A DNA stretch of 64,000 nucleotides from Heteronotia binoei (taxonomy: Eukaryota): assembly GCF_032191835.1 (NCBI RefSeq), contig NC_083232.1, positions 62,062,001 through 62,126,000 on the forward strand. Reading direction: 5' to 3'. The position numbers and the translations under genes were made by a program. Numbering within the stretch: position 1 is the first letter of the stretch; each line of letters opens with the position of its first letter. Positions 37,498-51,835 of the stretch are shown here, piece by piece. The notes under the pieces are model-generated. The model did not search any database, had not been told where the DNA came from, and was given only the letters and a program-made list of their open reading frames with translations.

Positions 37498-37935
37498 TTG
37501 TTGTTGTTCAGTTGCACACCATTATTAGCTGCTTAATTTAGTAAAAGTAATTCTGGAATCATAGAAATTTCTCTTTTTGTTGTTCAGTCGCACAGTTGAG
37601 TCTGACTCTTTGAGACTCCATGGACAAAGTTCTGACAGGCCCTCCTGTCTTCCACCATCCTCCGAAGTCTGCTCAAATTCGAGTTCGTTGCATCAGTAAC
37701 ACTGTCCAGCCATCTCATCTTTTGCCGTCCCCTTCTTCTTTTGCCTTCTGTCTTTCCCAGCATCAGGATCTTCTCCAGTGAGTGCTCCCTTCTCATTTGG
37801 TGGCCAAAGTATTTGAGCTTTAGCTTCAGCATCTGACCTTTCAGGGAACAGTCAGGGTTGATTTTCCTTAGGACTGACTGATTTGATCTTCTTGCAGTCC
37901 AAGGGACTCTCAAGATTCTTCTCCAGCACCACAGC
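37498..37935 (-). mobile_element. BovB 3' fragment with extended tail
   Basis: ORF 37584..37913 matches the BovB RT C-terminus; shares ~50 bp of post-tail sequence with 28233-28283. Confidence 0.9.
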
Positions 37936-39159
37936 CTGGGAAACTTTCACTTGAGGTTCCAAAGTCTGAATCTTTAGTATACAAAACATGTTATCTGTTT
38001 TAATGTGGGAAAAGAAAGAGAAGGTGGGTTGCTATGTGAAGAATTTAAATGGAATGCGCATTCCTAGGACTAGCTTCAGGTCTACAAAGTATGCTAGCAA
38101 GAAGTCAATGTCACTATTGCACCAGGTCTTTTTGCAACAGCATTTTGTCTTCATGCTAAATGGGAGTGTCAACCCATTTATCTGAGATCAAAAGATTCCT
38201 TCTCACTTTAATTTCAAAGCTTAAAAAAAAGATTAATGGGAAATGTCACTGTGATGCATAACATGCTATGAATCCAATAATTTCATTTTAATCAGTTACA
38301 CATTATTGGTAACACTGAATCATAATTTTACTTCTCGTTCAAGGGCACTATGACCTTAAGCGGCTTGAGAAAGTGATTCAACATTTCAGCCTGCTAGTCT
38401 CATAATTTTCAGGTTCCATAATATTCTACTCTTTACAAAATATTAATGATGTTCTTCTAAACAGATAAGCTTATGCAGCCAAAAGCAAGCAAAATAAATA
38501 AAAAACCCTCCGGAATGGATTCCCACCAGTCAATCATATTGTAAGAGTATTGGAGAAGGCATAGGCGACTGCAGTTTACCAAAGGTGGGTTCTTTGGCTT
38601 TATGCTCCCAGTCCAATCCAATATTTCAAGGAAAGCAATTTTATTTTTGACAGCTTAATATGAAGATTTAATTTGCTCTGGATAATGTGAAAAATGATGA
38701 ATAATATTTACAAACAGATAATTTACACAATGCAATTAATTGTGTGCAGCACCATATTCGCGTTAATAGATTAAAACATTACAACATATTAAGGTTTCAG
38801 TAGCACCACAGAAGACACATACATGCATGCTTCTCATTTGAATTGTTCACAGCTGTTATTTATAGATAAATATATTTCTTTGTTTAAAATAGGAAGGAAA
38901 AGCAAACAATCAATTTATTTTCAAAAGTGGAGCACTGGAATATCTGGTATGAAGGTTAAACAGATGAAAACATGTGAGGACTATTGGTATATTTCCCATT
39001 TAGAATTTCCTGAATCCTGATTGTCTACCCATCAGTCTGTTCACACATCAATTAAGTCCATTTAAGTTATAACAGACAAATCAGACTTTGTTTTGATAGC
39101 AGAAACTGGTTAACTGTTGGGCTTGTAATTTCTCTTCCTTATCTCCCAACATTTCTTTT

Positions 39160-39332
39160 CTCAGGAACTAATTTGCATATTAGGTCACACACCCTGACAT
39201 CAGCATTGCTTCGCAAAAGGATTTTTGTAGAAAAAGCCCAGCAGGAACTAATTTGCCTATTAGGCCACACCCCTAATGCCAAGCCAGCTGGAACTGCGTT
39301 CCTGTGTGTTCATGCTCAAAAAAAGCCCTGCA
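39160..39332. mobile_element. hAT MITE, CAGGGCTTTTT family (partial; also ~11645-11750, ~46590-46735)
   Basis: GTAGAAAAAGCCCAGCAGGAACT..TTTGCATATTAGG core, AAAAAAGCCCTG end. Confidence 0.7.
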
Positions 39333-39921
39333 CTGGAATTCATCTGAAGAAGTGAGCAGTGAGCCATGAAAACTCATACAGACTCTGAATGGACTAGATA
39401 GCCATCATGATTAGTAGCTATTGATAGCCCTGTCCTTCATGAATTAGTCCACTCCCCCTTTAAAGCCTCCCAAGTTGGTGGCCATGACCACATCCTGTGT
39501 CAGTGAGTTTCTCAAACTAACTGTAATCTATGTGAAGAAATATTTTTTGTCTTAAACTGTGCTAAAGAATGCTGGCTAATCAGAACTAACCTCAGTTTTC
39601 CAAAGATTTGTGTTATAGGTTGATGCCAGGCAGAATGCCAAACACTGCAGAATGTTTATAGTTCAATAGTATTCATCAACACTGGGAGGTAGCCAAGATG
39701 TCCGAATACTTTTGGCCTTGTGGAAAACAGCAGAGTCTAAACTTGTGCAAGTTTTGAGATATTTCCCTGGAACAGAGACAATTACATTTGAGGAAATGTT
39801 GTTTTTCTTCTCCTTGAATAGAGGGTACAGCTGAATTTTAAACTCAGATGGACTTCTGCTGCTTCACCATGCTTGACTGTACTTGTTATGTTTTTTTAGA
39901 AATAGGTACATTAACTTAGAA

Positions 39922-40218
39922 AGAGCCACGTGGCACAGAGTGGTAAAGCTGCAGGACTGCAGTCGGAGCCTTCTGCTCATGACCTGAGTTCAGTCCCAGC
40001 AGAAGCTGGTTCTGGTAGCCAGCTCCAGGTTGACTCAACCTTCCATTCTTCCAAGGTTGGTAAAATGAGTACCCAGCTTGCTGGGGGGAAAGTGTAGATG
40101 ACTGGGGAAGGCAATGGCAAACCACCCCATAAAAAGTCTGCCGTGAAAACGTGAAAGCAAGGTCACCCCTGAGTCAAAAATGACTGGTGCTTGCACAGGG
40201 GACTACCTTTACCTTTTT
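39922..40218 (+). mobile_element. Sauria SINE
   Basis: GTGGTAAAGCTGCAG head, GGCAATGGCAAACCACCCC core, CACAGGGGACTACCTTTACCTTT tail. Confidence 0.85.
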
Positions 40219-40239
40219 ACATTAACTTAGAACTCATAT

Positions 40240-40335
40240 GTGCATATATACAAACACACATATACATGTGTATGTGTGTATGCATACATATATATACATA
40301 ACATATACATACACACATGCGTGTGTGTGTGTGAG
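40240..40335. repeat. mixed (CA/TA/TG)n low-complexity tract
   Basis: direct reading. Confidence 0.85.
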
Positions 40336-40805
40336 AGAGAATATATTTGTCTCGTAGAAAGGAAGCTTTCAATATGTTGTAGGGTTGCCAGGTATGGGTT
40401 GGAAAATTCCTGGAAAGTCTGGAGTTGGAGCCTAGGAAGGGTAGGGTTTAGGAAGGAAAGAAGAGAGATTGGATTTATACCCTGCCCTTCACTTGGAGTC
40501 TCAGAGCAGTTTACAATCCCTTTCCTCTCCCCATAATAGACACCCTGTGAGGTAGGTAGGGCTGAGAGAGCTCTTTTGAGAACTGCTCTTGAGAGAATAG
40601 CTCCAAGAGAAGTGTCTCAAGGTCACCCAGCTGGTTGCATGTGGATGAATGGGGAAACCTCAACAAGAGATAATGCTTCAGAGTCTGCCCTCCAAAGTGG
40701 CCATTTTTTTTCCAGGGGTACATATCTGTGTAGTATGGAGACTGGATGCAATTCTGGTGGATCTGCAGGTCCCATCTGGAACTGGGCAATCTGAGCTAAC
40801 TGAGC

Positions 40806-41046
40806 TAGGGTTGCCAGCCCCAGGTCCCAGCAGGAGTTCCCCCACTTTTGAGAGCTTCAGCCCATCACTAGCCAGCTGGTCAGTGTGAGAAACCCCACCC
40901 CCGAACAGTCACATTACATTCCTGATGCAATGACATCACTTCCAGGAAATGTCATCACACTGGGGAAATCATGTGCAACATCCTTCCCTCCCCCAGAATG
41001 CCCCCAAATCCCTCCTCTGCAACAGTGAGGGGACATGGCAACCCTA
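40806..41046. mobile_element. hAT MITE, TAGGGTTGCCA family (many relatives, e.g. ~14191-14463, ~32039-32330, ~45500-45720)
   Basis: TIR TAGGGTTGCCA / TGGCAACCCTA; TSD AACTGAGC / AACTAAGC (7/8). Confidence 0.8.
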
Positions 41047-41543
41047 AACTAAGCCCTTGCCAAAAGCTTGGTATTTTTAGTTTTGACTGCTGGGCCCCCA
41101 CAAAAATTGCATGTCTGTGACATATCTGCATAGAGAGTTTACAGTCTTATCATGCCATGTGTGGCCAAGAAGTATATGAGACTAGCAAAATTAAGCACAA
41201 GCTCTGGTTGTTAATGACAGTTGATACTTGGGCCTTAGAATGAACAATCCAGAGACAAAATTTGAGAGGGCCTCTGGCACTTGGGTTGCAAACAGGCCTG
41301 AAGAAAAATGCCCTGCTCCTTTAATAGAGGCTTAATAGAAGCTTTTCATGGCATGAAGGTAAATAGTATGTTCTAGTAAACAGCATTCTATTCTACCTCT
41401 ACTAGAGGGGCAGGACATCTCTAGGCAATGGGCAAGCATGTTTGGCACCACTGTGCTTTTCTATAGAAGAAGATTCTGGCATCTGCTAAGGCTTTTCAAA
41501 TGCTTTCCAAGTTCATATTATTTCTAGATTTATTGCCTATTCC

Positions 41544-41742
41544 CAGGGCTTTTTGGGGGCAGGGACACACAGGAACACAGTTCCGGCTGGCTTGGCATCA
41601 AGGTGTGTGGCCTAATATGCAAATGATTTCCTGCTGGGCTTTTCCCACAAAAAAGCCCTGTCTGAAACAATGGTGATGTCACAGGGTGCATCCTAATATG
41701 CAAATCAGTTCCTGCTGGGCTTTTTCTACAAAAAAAGCCCTG
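41544..41742. mobile_element. hAT MITE, CAGGGCTTTTT family
   Basis: TIRs CAGGGCTTTTT / AAAAAGCCCTG; perfect TSD CCTATTCC. Confidence 0.9.
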
Positions 41743-42499
41743 CCTATTCCTCAGACCTCTGCAGGAGCTGTTCCCCTGATGTCTTGTCCTAGTTCCAGAA
41801 GTGTCTAGATATCTTGAATTCCTGGATATCCCAACACCAGTGGTGCATCAGTCTCTCATCATCTCTCAGTTTTCAGTCTGTGACATAACACAACACTTTT
41901 CAAATAAAGGGCTTGCAGGACCTCTCTATGCAGGCCTATATAATGACCTGCAGCACAACTGATATCAGAATACGACATCCACATTTCAACTGTCAACACT
42001 TTTTTTGTTTCTCACCAAATGCAATTTTTGCTGACATGATTGCCCTTTCTCCTATAGTTTTCTTGGCAGGTAGATACTACTAATGTGAAACACTTCAGGC
42101 CCCAGCAGATAAAATAATAGGGCAGATCATTGCAGCAAGCTTTATATTGACTGCTGGACAAGTGAGAGTTTAAGATGCCATCTATTTCTTAACCTTTTCA
42201 AGCTGCCAGCATTTCTTGTAGGGATCCTCCTGCTCAAAAGAACCAGTATGGACAGCGCTGCCTTCCTGCCAGCTTCACACTTCATAATTAATTCTGACTA
42301 GAATCATTTTTCGTGTGTGAATATCCATTTTATTTCTGCCACTGCTGTGTTCATTTAAAACTCTTCAATCTTCCAGGCAATAACCTTTTAATCTACATGC
42401 TGCAATATTTTCTTTAAAAATTCTAAGTTTTCCATTCTTCTGTCTTCTTATGGTATAAGTTGCCACATGAACTTCCCTAGGAAAAGCCTAGATTGAGGT

Positions 42500-42640
42500 A
42501 GGTAGCCGTGAAGCAATAGAACAAAGTTTGACTCCACTGGCACCTTTAAGACAAAGTTTAATTCTAGGTATAAGTTTTTGTGTGCATAAACAGTTCTTCA
42601 GCTTATACCCAGAATTAAACTTTGTTGGTCTTAAAGAAAA
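42500..42640. mobile_element. Penelope-like element terminal fragment in inverted configuration
   Basis: GACTCCACTGGCACCTTTAAGAC motif and ~31-bp inverted repeat around a degenerate hammerhead core. Confidence 0.5.
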
Positions 42641-43090
42641 AGCCTATAAATTCTTAGTAGAAACATCATTCCTCTCTGGAACAAAACAAGCAAATTCTTG
42701 AAGTCAAATTGGGATTCTTCTTTCTCTTCTTTTGATGATATTAATTTTACTGTCTGTTTAAGCACCTAATAGCCATTATTAATACACTCTACATCCAAAG
42801 AACCTCTGCATAATACAGTCCCATTATGTCTAGAATATCAGCTTTACTGAACTTTCATAAAATGCTCAGATGTGACCCTCACCAAATCTCTAGGAAGCTA
42901 AAAATCCATTACTAAGCAAAAATTATCCAAAGCCCCTCCACATCTGTCATCACATGGACACTTGATGGGTAATATTTTCAAGAGAGTGGTATTGACCAGT
43001 TGTAAAGACTTCTAAAGAAAAGTACACCAGGAAGCATTTAAAACAGTAGGGTTTGACTTTGAGGTAGTTAATTAAAAGTACACAATACAA

Positions 43091-43746
43091 TAGTGGTCTT
43101 CAGCCTTTGCAGACCTGGGACCCACCTTTAACTTCCAGTCAGCAGCATAGAACTAACAGCTTGTGACACAAAGTCACTTGACATGACAGGAAGTGGGGAG
43201 CCATGACCTTCCATCGTCAGGGTCAGGACTTTGTACAGTAGACCAAAGCAGCCATGGATAGAAAACAAAAGCCAAGCACCAGGGTATATACAGTCATGAG
43301 GAGCTATAAAGAAATCCTCTTCATCACTGAATGACTTAATTTCAGTGTCCTTTTGCTCCGCTCAGCATGTGTTTAAAGCTAAGATGCATACATGGTGCTC
43401 TTCTTTCTAAATGTTTATTTATTTTAAAAAATTCTATCCCTCCTTATATCCCTGGTCTCAATGAAGTTACATGAAGCATGAGTGCTAGTAGCAGGCTGTT
43501 CCAAAAACAGCACAAAACAGGACCATTGGTGGGCTGACAGTGAGGATTAGTTTAGAGCGGTGGTGGTGGCAGCAGGCAAGTGACAGGGGACTGATTGATG
43601 GGACCACACAGGTTAAACATGGGTTTGATTGTTGGGACTTAACCCTCTCCCTAGAATCCTCCTAGCTATGGGCCTGGGCCTGCAGATCAGCAGATGGGTA
43701 TCTATGATCCATGTGACAGTTCCAAATCATAGGCTGAAGACTACTG
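43091..43746. mobile_element. Probable hAT-Charlie-like non-autonomous element
   Basis: TIR-like AGTGGTCTTCAGCCT / AGGCTGAAGACTACT; no matching TSD. Confidence 0.45.
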
Positions 43747-46700
43747 TACTAATATGTGTTTGAGGCAACATAAAGGGAAATGATAGGTATGATATCCCTG
43801 ACAGAAAAAATATTTATTTGTAGTCAAGAAGGAAGGCAGCCTGCTCTTGTATACATCATGGAAATAGGGTTATGAAAGCTTTTAGTCACACTACAGAGTG
43901 TGCTTCTGGTTAGATAAACAAAATGCCATATGGTAATTCTTCAGCCTTCAGTGAACAGGTCTAAAGTTTGAGAGATTTGTGAGACAGCTGCACTTCAAGC
44001 CCCCTAATTCCTTTACTAGTTGATTATTCAGACCACCTAGAGGATTTCACGGGCTGCGGTTTAAAAGCTCAAGTGAAGGGCAGCGTATCTCGATTAACAG
44101 AGAAAAAAAGTCACATAGAACCATCTTTGCAAGGCTGACATTACCACATAGTCAAACACTTTATATAGTGTTGTGAAGCAGGAAGTTCTATGTAAACTTT
44201 TGCAGTACCTTGTATCTGTTAATGTTTAATTTAACACAATTAGCTGTATGGTATTCCAATGTCTTTCTAGACTTACTGCAACTGGGCATTAAAAACCAAA
44301 TTTGGTAGTCATCTGAATTTAAAGCAGCCAGGTGGTATCCTAATTATTCCAATCTGGCCATAAATTGAGCAGATTGAGGGCAAGTTTGGATTTTAAGTAT
44401 ACAATAACATTGTAAATATTAATTTTGGAAAGTTACTATCTCAAGGCATGTTCCTAAACTTCACTAGCAATGTAGTTTGTAATGTTCATTATGAAATCTA
44501 GTCTGTAAATTTTTGCTGAAACTTCTTGAAGTAGCACATGGCTCTGGATATGGAAGAGGGTATACTTGGTTAAAGGATTATTGCTATTTTATGAAAGCAG
44601 TTTCGAAGGTTGTAGGTGAAAGAACCTATGAATCTAGGTTAGAACACATACTTTCCATGCAGAAGTTCCTATATCTGACCCCCAGTCTCTGCACTGGTAT
44701 TTGGAAATTCTTTCTTTGTTTGAGAATCACAGCCAATAAACAACATTAAACTGGAGAAATCAATTGTCTGTGTCAGTATAAAGCTGTTTTATCCATTTAA
44801 TTTGGTGTTCTTTTAATTATATTAAAACTTATCTTAAGTGTTTTGAACAATGAGGCTTGAAAACAACTCCGAATACAGCAGGCCACCAAAAATATCCCCA
44901 CATTTCATTATTTCAAGACTGGTTTCTTCTTTCAAGTACTGTACATGAACTTATGTTGATCAATTAAGTGGACTGTGAAGAAACACTACATAATGGAAAC
45001 CATTTTCACAGAAATCTTCTACATAAACTCAGTCATTTCTTCACCCATTGATTTCCTAAATAAATCACACCTAAATGCATTTGTTTTCCCCTTTTACTCA
45101 TAATAGAGTTTTATTTCTGTTGTTGTTGTTACTAACAAGGAGGCAACCTATGAGGACTTGCGGAATCAGGTACATCCCATCCTCTTGGCTGCTGCATATT
45201 ACCCTCTTGTTTCCCTTTCTTATCACCATTGCATGTTCTGCTCCCCTCCCCCTGGTCACCACTTTCTTTCTCCCTTCTTTGTTACTCCAAGCCCTTGCTG
45301 CCACCAACTTTGAAGAAGGTGGACTTGAAAAGGAAAGTAAATTCAGCCCAGCCCCCTTCCTCACCCATGCTGTGAGTATGGGGTTTTGGGTTAGGTGTGT
45401 TTTCCCCCTCAAATCACCAGGTGGCTGGTGGCAAGAGGCTTGGAACAAAAAATACACCCTGCTTAGTTGTCTCCACCAGTCAGCCAAATGATGCGGGAAT
45501 AGGGCTGCCAAACTCCAGGTTGTGGCTAGAGACCTACTGGGATTACAACTGGTCCCAGGCAGCAGAGATCAGTTCGCCTGGAGAAAATGGCCACTTTGGA
45601 AGGTAGAATCTATGGTATTAAACATTGCTGAAGCCCCTCTCTCCAAACTCAGCTCTCCTCTTGCTCTACCACAAAAATCTCCAGGTTTTTCTGAACTTGG
45701 AGCTGGCAGCCCTATTGGGGGATGGAAGGGAAAGCATTTCTGATCTGTCCCCTCATAGTAGCCTGGAGGCCAGGTAGGCAATACATGCTTTCTGCTCCAA
45801 GGCTCCCACCTCTACCCACAATTTTCATTGAAATTTTGTGACATTCACAAGATGGCCTTCAGAATTTGAAGTAGGAACTTCCAGGCTCTTTCTTCTCTGA
45901 TTTTTTTTGTTCGTTTTAAATCCCATTTTAAACATTTTAGAGTTTTTCTGCAAATCTGTAGAAAATCCCCTCTATCTATACACAGCCCCATTATGCAGAT
46001 TTTATTATCCATTCTTTGGGACCCATGTTCAAAGTTATATATAAATATTTTTATTATTTGGATACAGTTTCATTTCTTTGGAAGTTGAGTTAATATGAAA
46101 GAGAAGTGGCAAATAGTAAAAATAAAGCATATTGCTATTAGGCTTATATACTGTATTTAACAAATGAAACAGCATTATCAAATAGTGCACCAATTTATCA
46201 GCTCCAAACTCTTTTATAGTGGCTTCTTTGTCCAGAATTAATAGAAACAGGAAGAATAGTGCTTAGCTGTGTTTTCACAGTAAGCAACCATTTCTTCTCC
46301 TGAAGCAACTGTAATAGTTTTTGAATTGAGTTTAGAGCCTAATTATGTCTCTCGTCATTCACTTGCATGAGGCTTAAAGCTGCTTCTTGCTTCTGCCACT
46401 TGAAATGTTTGCCATAACACTCCATCTGGTTGCATTGGTCATAATTTTCATTCATATCACAAAGCTTCTATTCTATTTTTTCTTTCACATTAACAAAGAA
46501 CTATACCCATATTACACTGAGAGAGCAATCCTAAACAGGCATACTCATAAGTAAGTACCATGTTATTAAACAGGGATTATTCCTATGCAGCAGTCATTTT
46601 GTAGAAAAACAGGTGGTGGGGCTCATCCAGGGATTGTTATGCAGCTGCAATACTATTCAATTGGCAAGGAGGTGGAACTCTCAGAAAGGTTCAGGAGCTG

Positions 46701-48409
46701 TGCTCCTGTGAGCTCCCACTGAATCTGAAGCCTATGGAAGAATCTTTACTAGGACTGCAGCTCGAGTATCCTATAAAGGTCAAACAGCAAGAGAGATGTC
46801 CAGACTGGCTATCTAAAATTTCACTCTCTGGACAAGTTCATGCATTGGGATTCTCCACATGGCAGCATCGCTTGATGCATGGCTAAATTCATGTAAGTTT
46901 AAACTTTTTGAAATCTGCCCCCCTAACTTCCATAACCTTCTGAGTTTAACATAATACCAATAATTTATTTCACAAGTGAATACAGTTATGTGTACCCAAT
47001 GAATTAAATTATGTGCACCTAGCTTGTTGTAAAGTTCAAGGGACTGTGGACTAGGATGGCAGGCAACAATAGCACTAGACAAGAATTAAAATAATACTGT
47101 GAACCAATGAGGCATCAAGACGTCTAACGTCCAGTATAGATCAGCAGTGATACTTCATCAGAATTTATCCAGTCAAATTCAAGTCAGCTGGAGAATACCT
47201 CCTTAGGTGTGTCTTTCTTTTATTTCTTACAAAACTTCAGGCCATATTAATTACCAGACAAACTTGAAATGATGACCTTCACAATAAACTTGTATTGTTC
47301 TTTTTTGTGCAGCTAAACAATAGCAGGTTTACCTACTATTGAACCTATTTAATGAAAGTGTATTCTGATCACACTACTGTATTCCATCAATAAATGATCA
47401 AGTTATGATGAATTGCTGAATACCCTGAGATTTATATTTTAACCAACTATGTTGCCACAGCATAATGATGAAATTTGTCAATATTGTGTTACACAATTTG
47501 AGTATTTAACAAAATGGAATTCTGATCAATAGATATGGCTAGTCCAAGTAAAACAATCCAACCCTGAATTACAGGTAATCCAGTGTACATAGAGTTCAAA
47601 GAACTGGTATTATAATACGGGTATTGCTGCTTTTAGTTTACAAGCTGTATAGGATTATAAATTCACTGTGCATTTAGTAGTGCTTCCTGTGCAGACATTA
47701 ATGTGACACATTTCTATGACGGCAAAAGTTTTACCTGATGGTTTCTGTACATCAGGCTACTGTTAAAGGCACAAGACAAGTTCAGGCTGTTTTATTCTAG
47801 TTAACTGGCATTGAAAACATAGAAAAGGAAATGTCCAAGATATCTGGAATACTGTCCTGGAAATTCTGCAACCACAAATCCCAGATTCAGCTACAAATAA
47901 TTTACAAGCTTGCAAATAATTAAATTAAGCAGGTTTTTTTAACACTAGTATGTGCTTTACTCAATTGCCATTATTGTATTATTTGGAATAAGGGAGTAAA
48001 GATTTATTTGTTACTATTTATTGCATTTATAGGCTTCTTTTTCATGGAACTCATATCTGCTCAGCTTCGTCAAATACCGGATATTATTTTGTCTTATAGC
48101 CTGAAATCCAGTGTTTCAACTGAAAAATGATGATAGGGTAGGAATTATGGAACTTGATTCCTATTGCCTTCTGCAGAACCTGAACCTTTCAAAAGACACA
48201 TTAAGGGTCTGATGTGTGACTGGGGAGATGCATGAACACAACTGCTTAACCATTCTTAAACAGAATTCAACACTGCTTTTTGTATGTATAAAGAGATGGA
48301 ATTTAACTCCCCACTGTAGTTTTGCTGATTGCAACCTCCCCTCCCTGTGCTGTTATTAGTCCTATATATAGAAAAGTCAGGCAAGGAAAGAGTCTTATTT
48401 TCCCTTGCT

Positions 48410-48594
48410 CAGACTTGTAGCTACAAGGGGGCCTGTGGGGGCACAGCCCCTCGACTGCTAGTTGGGCCCCCTGACTTGGGACCCCTAAGTAGCCCCCGGG
48501 GCCTTGGCTGCATTCTTCTGCATTCCCCCACCATTAAAATTTTACTGGAAAAAATCAGGGGCCCCCAATTCTTCAAATTCTGGCTACGGGGCTG
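48410..48594. mobile_element. Short hAT MITE related to 19548-20458
   Basis: CAGACTTGTAGCTA / TGGCTACGGGGCTG ends, GGGGCCCCCAA subterminal motif. Confidence 0.6.
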
Positions 48595-51552
48595 CTCAGG
48601 CTAATAACAATTGAAGGGAGTCAGTCCTGATCAGTGAAGTGACATGCAGGAAGGCTTAAAGTTGCCCTGCCTCTGCACCACAGTCCCAGTCCCCATCAGG
48701 ACTTCACACAGCTGCTATTTCCATTTGAAAACCACTGACAAGTGTTGTTCTTGCCTCTTCCTGCACGTTGTCTACATTGGCCCTGAAATGTCTTTAATTA
48801 CAGAAGACAGGATTTGATCTGGCTGATCTGAGCTTATTTGACAGGTATTTATTTCAAAGCCGTTGTGTGCTTGATGTTGCTCTTTTATTATTATGAGTTT
48901 TTATTGTAGCTATACAGTTGATCTGATGTTGCTAGACAAACTAAGTTTCATTAAGAAAGAATGATAGGTGTAAATTGAGAAATCAAACCAATAAATCAGC
49001 TCTTACATTACTTTCAGATGTTTTTCAGAGTTTATCTTATCTATGGATTATATTTGATGAAAGAAAGACACACCCCCTTCCAATTTTTCTTCTAAATATT
49101 TTCCCTGGAATTTGGCAGGGCGGTGGGGAGAGTCATGCTTAGAAGAGCAGTTTCACCAAACACCAAAACTTTTTACAACCAAATATCTTTATTAAAAACC
49201 AGTGAGCAATTGAAGCAAAGGCAATGGAAATTGCTGTATTTAAAAATACCGAGCAATGGGAAATGAACCACAGCAAACAAACACCAAAACTTCTAGAATC
49301 CCTCCAAATATTCCTTCATTCCTAGTATGATTAAGGAAAGATTCAGAAAACTCTGAGGCTTTCTGAGATGGATTTAGGCAGGTCGTATTCAGTCTTTTGT
49401 CTGTTTTTACAACAATAGACTGAACTAGTCTTTCATTATATCTCCAGTAGTAGTATTAATGGCAAGTCACTTCCCTTATTTATCAAAATAAATAAGGATT
49501 ATGCAGATGAATATGTATTGGGTCATACCTCATTTTAGGATCCTAAAGCTGAAAGGGAAGATGCGATTCAACTGCAGATTCAGTTTTGTTGTAAAGGTAA
49601 AGCTCTGTTCCAAACATTTCACTACTAGAAGTTAAGCATCCACAAATGGGACTCTAACTACCATTCTACATGTGAAGCAGCTGCTCAGCTGTTTGGAGCT
49701 GTTGATGCTATGGCCAGAAGAAAATTGAAATTTAAATCTCTTATTGCACTTCCAACACTTATTGGCTGTGGCCTGACAACAGACTTAGCAGGATCTGACC
49801 CTGCCTCTAATTAATCCAGGTTTCTTTGTAACTGAGAGTTTTAATCAGACATCCCACTGTAATCCTGTGCATGCTCATTCTTTGGCTCAATCACATTACT
49901 GCTGTGCGGCAACCATGGAGTGGGTGGTCAGGCAACTTTCCGCCCATCATTTGTCTTCTGAGCATGCATGTAAGTGATTATGGGAAGCAGCACTTCAGGC
50001 TCCAGGCAGGCTGGTGGCAGCTGGTGGTCAATGGAATTGCTGGAAGAGGCTGCTCGGATTTGTAGTTCAGCATGGGGAAAGTGTTTTTGAAACTGTGCCT
50101 TGAAGGTTTTCTTAAGAAGAATACAGTTTTGAGAAGCATCTGTGAGAGACAGAGGGAGAGAGATGTCGGTAAACTCTAAATAATGAACACACAAATGGTG
50201 ATAGATCACAAGGGGTGATTGCCAGAGGCAATTATACGCTTATGCACATGTCCCTATCTGATAAAAGGGGAGGGACAGATGGGAGGGTTCATACTTCCTA
50301 ACCAGCTTCAATTCACAACAGAGAATTCAAACATCCAGAAATTCAGGATGAAAGTGCTGACACCCATGAGGAACAGATTTTCACCGGTGCCTGATAGCTC
50401 TACTTTGAAGACAGGTCAGAATGGGATGCCAATCACTGGGAAATAGGAGGCAGATGTCACTGTCTGATTGTGCACTTTAAATCCAGGAGGGAACAGCAAT
50501 GACTTCAGATCAAAGTGCTCATCTGACTGCAGCCATTGAGTCTTAATGTCTTGTCAATTAAGCAATGGAAGGGTCAATGGGCATCATTGGTGGGCTGTGC
50601 TTAGGGCATCAGTTGATCTTAATATGGTCCTGCCTAAAATATATCTACCTCTGCAACACCCACTCACACTCTCTCACACACTCAGACTTTCTCTCACATT
50701 CACTCTTAGAGTACACAAGTTCTATAAATCCAGATGGAGGTCTTGTGGCAATTTTTAAACTGCTTCCAAAATAGCAGTAATGGACATGGGATGAACCCAT
50801 AGCTATTGTCATGCTTAGTTTGGTTCTAAGTGCAAACTGGTATAGGCTACAGTCTTCTCACTCACCACCTTTGCAAAAGTGAAAGGGGAAGCTTAGTTCC
50901 CTTTTCTCACCATTCTTGATGCCAGGCTGTCTAGGGAACATATTTCTCTTTCATTTCTCAGGCAGCCCTGCCTGCTTTGCATAGGAACCAGTGGAAAATT
51001 ATTCTGAATTTCTATAATTATAACATTTGAATACTAAATAGGGCATTATTTGTAATTAGCTAATATTTCCAAATCCAAATGGCATATTCTTATGTAGGAT
51101 TCTGTTTTTCAGGGCAGAGAGTGAGCTGTACATGCCTTCATGCATATGGACATGGAAGAATGTTGGAATGAACATACACCAGGTTTTGCCACTGTATATA
51201 TATATACCTCCTCAAAGCCACAATCCTGTTCCTATATTTCAAGCTATAAGATGTGAGTCAGTTTGAGAGTTCAAGCCCTCTTCTAACAAATGCCTTAGAT
51301 AGCCTTTCTGCCAATCATCCATAGGATAGAATAGAATGATTGTCTTTCACTTTGCCTGCTTCCTGACATCTGAGATCCCTTGAAAATATTTATGCAGTAA
51401 TCCCATTCATATACATTTAGTAGAATACTTTCATAAATATAAAGCTTCCAGATTTCTTCAGTAATGGAGTATTTTTCTTTGCCTTTCCCACTTTAGTAGG
51501 GTTTTTTAAAAAAAATTAGGCAATCAATATCAGAATTTAAAGAGTGAATTTA

Positions 51553-51835
51553 AAGAGAGCACCATGGCGCAGCGTGGTAAAGTTGCAGTACTGCAATCGG
51601 AGCTCTCTGCTCACGACCTGAGTTCGATCCCAGCGGAAGCTGGTTCAGGTAGCTGGCTCCAGGTTGACTCAGCCTTCCGAGGTCGGTAAAATGAGTACCC
51701 AGCTTGCTTGGGGGGGGGGAGTGTAGATGACCTGGGAAGGCAATGGCAAACCACCCCATAAATTGTCTGCTGTAAAAACGTTGTGAAAGCAATGTCACGA
51801 CTGGTGCTTGCACAGGGGACTACCTTTACCTTTAC
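51553..51835 (+). mobile_element. Sauria SINE
   Basis: same head, core and ACCTTT tail as 39922-40218. Confidence 0.85.
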
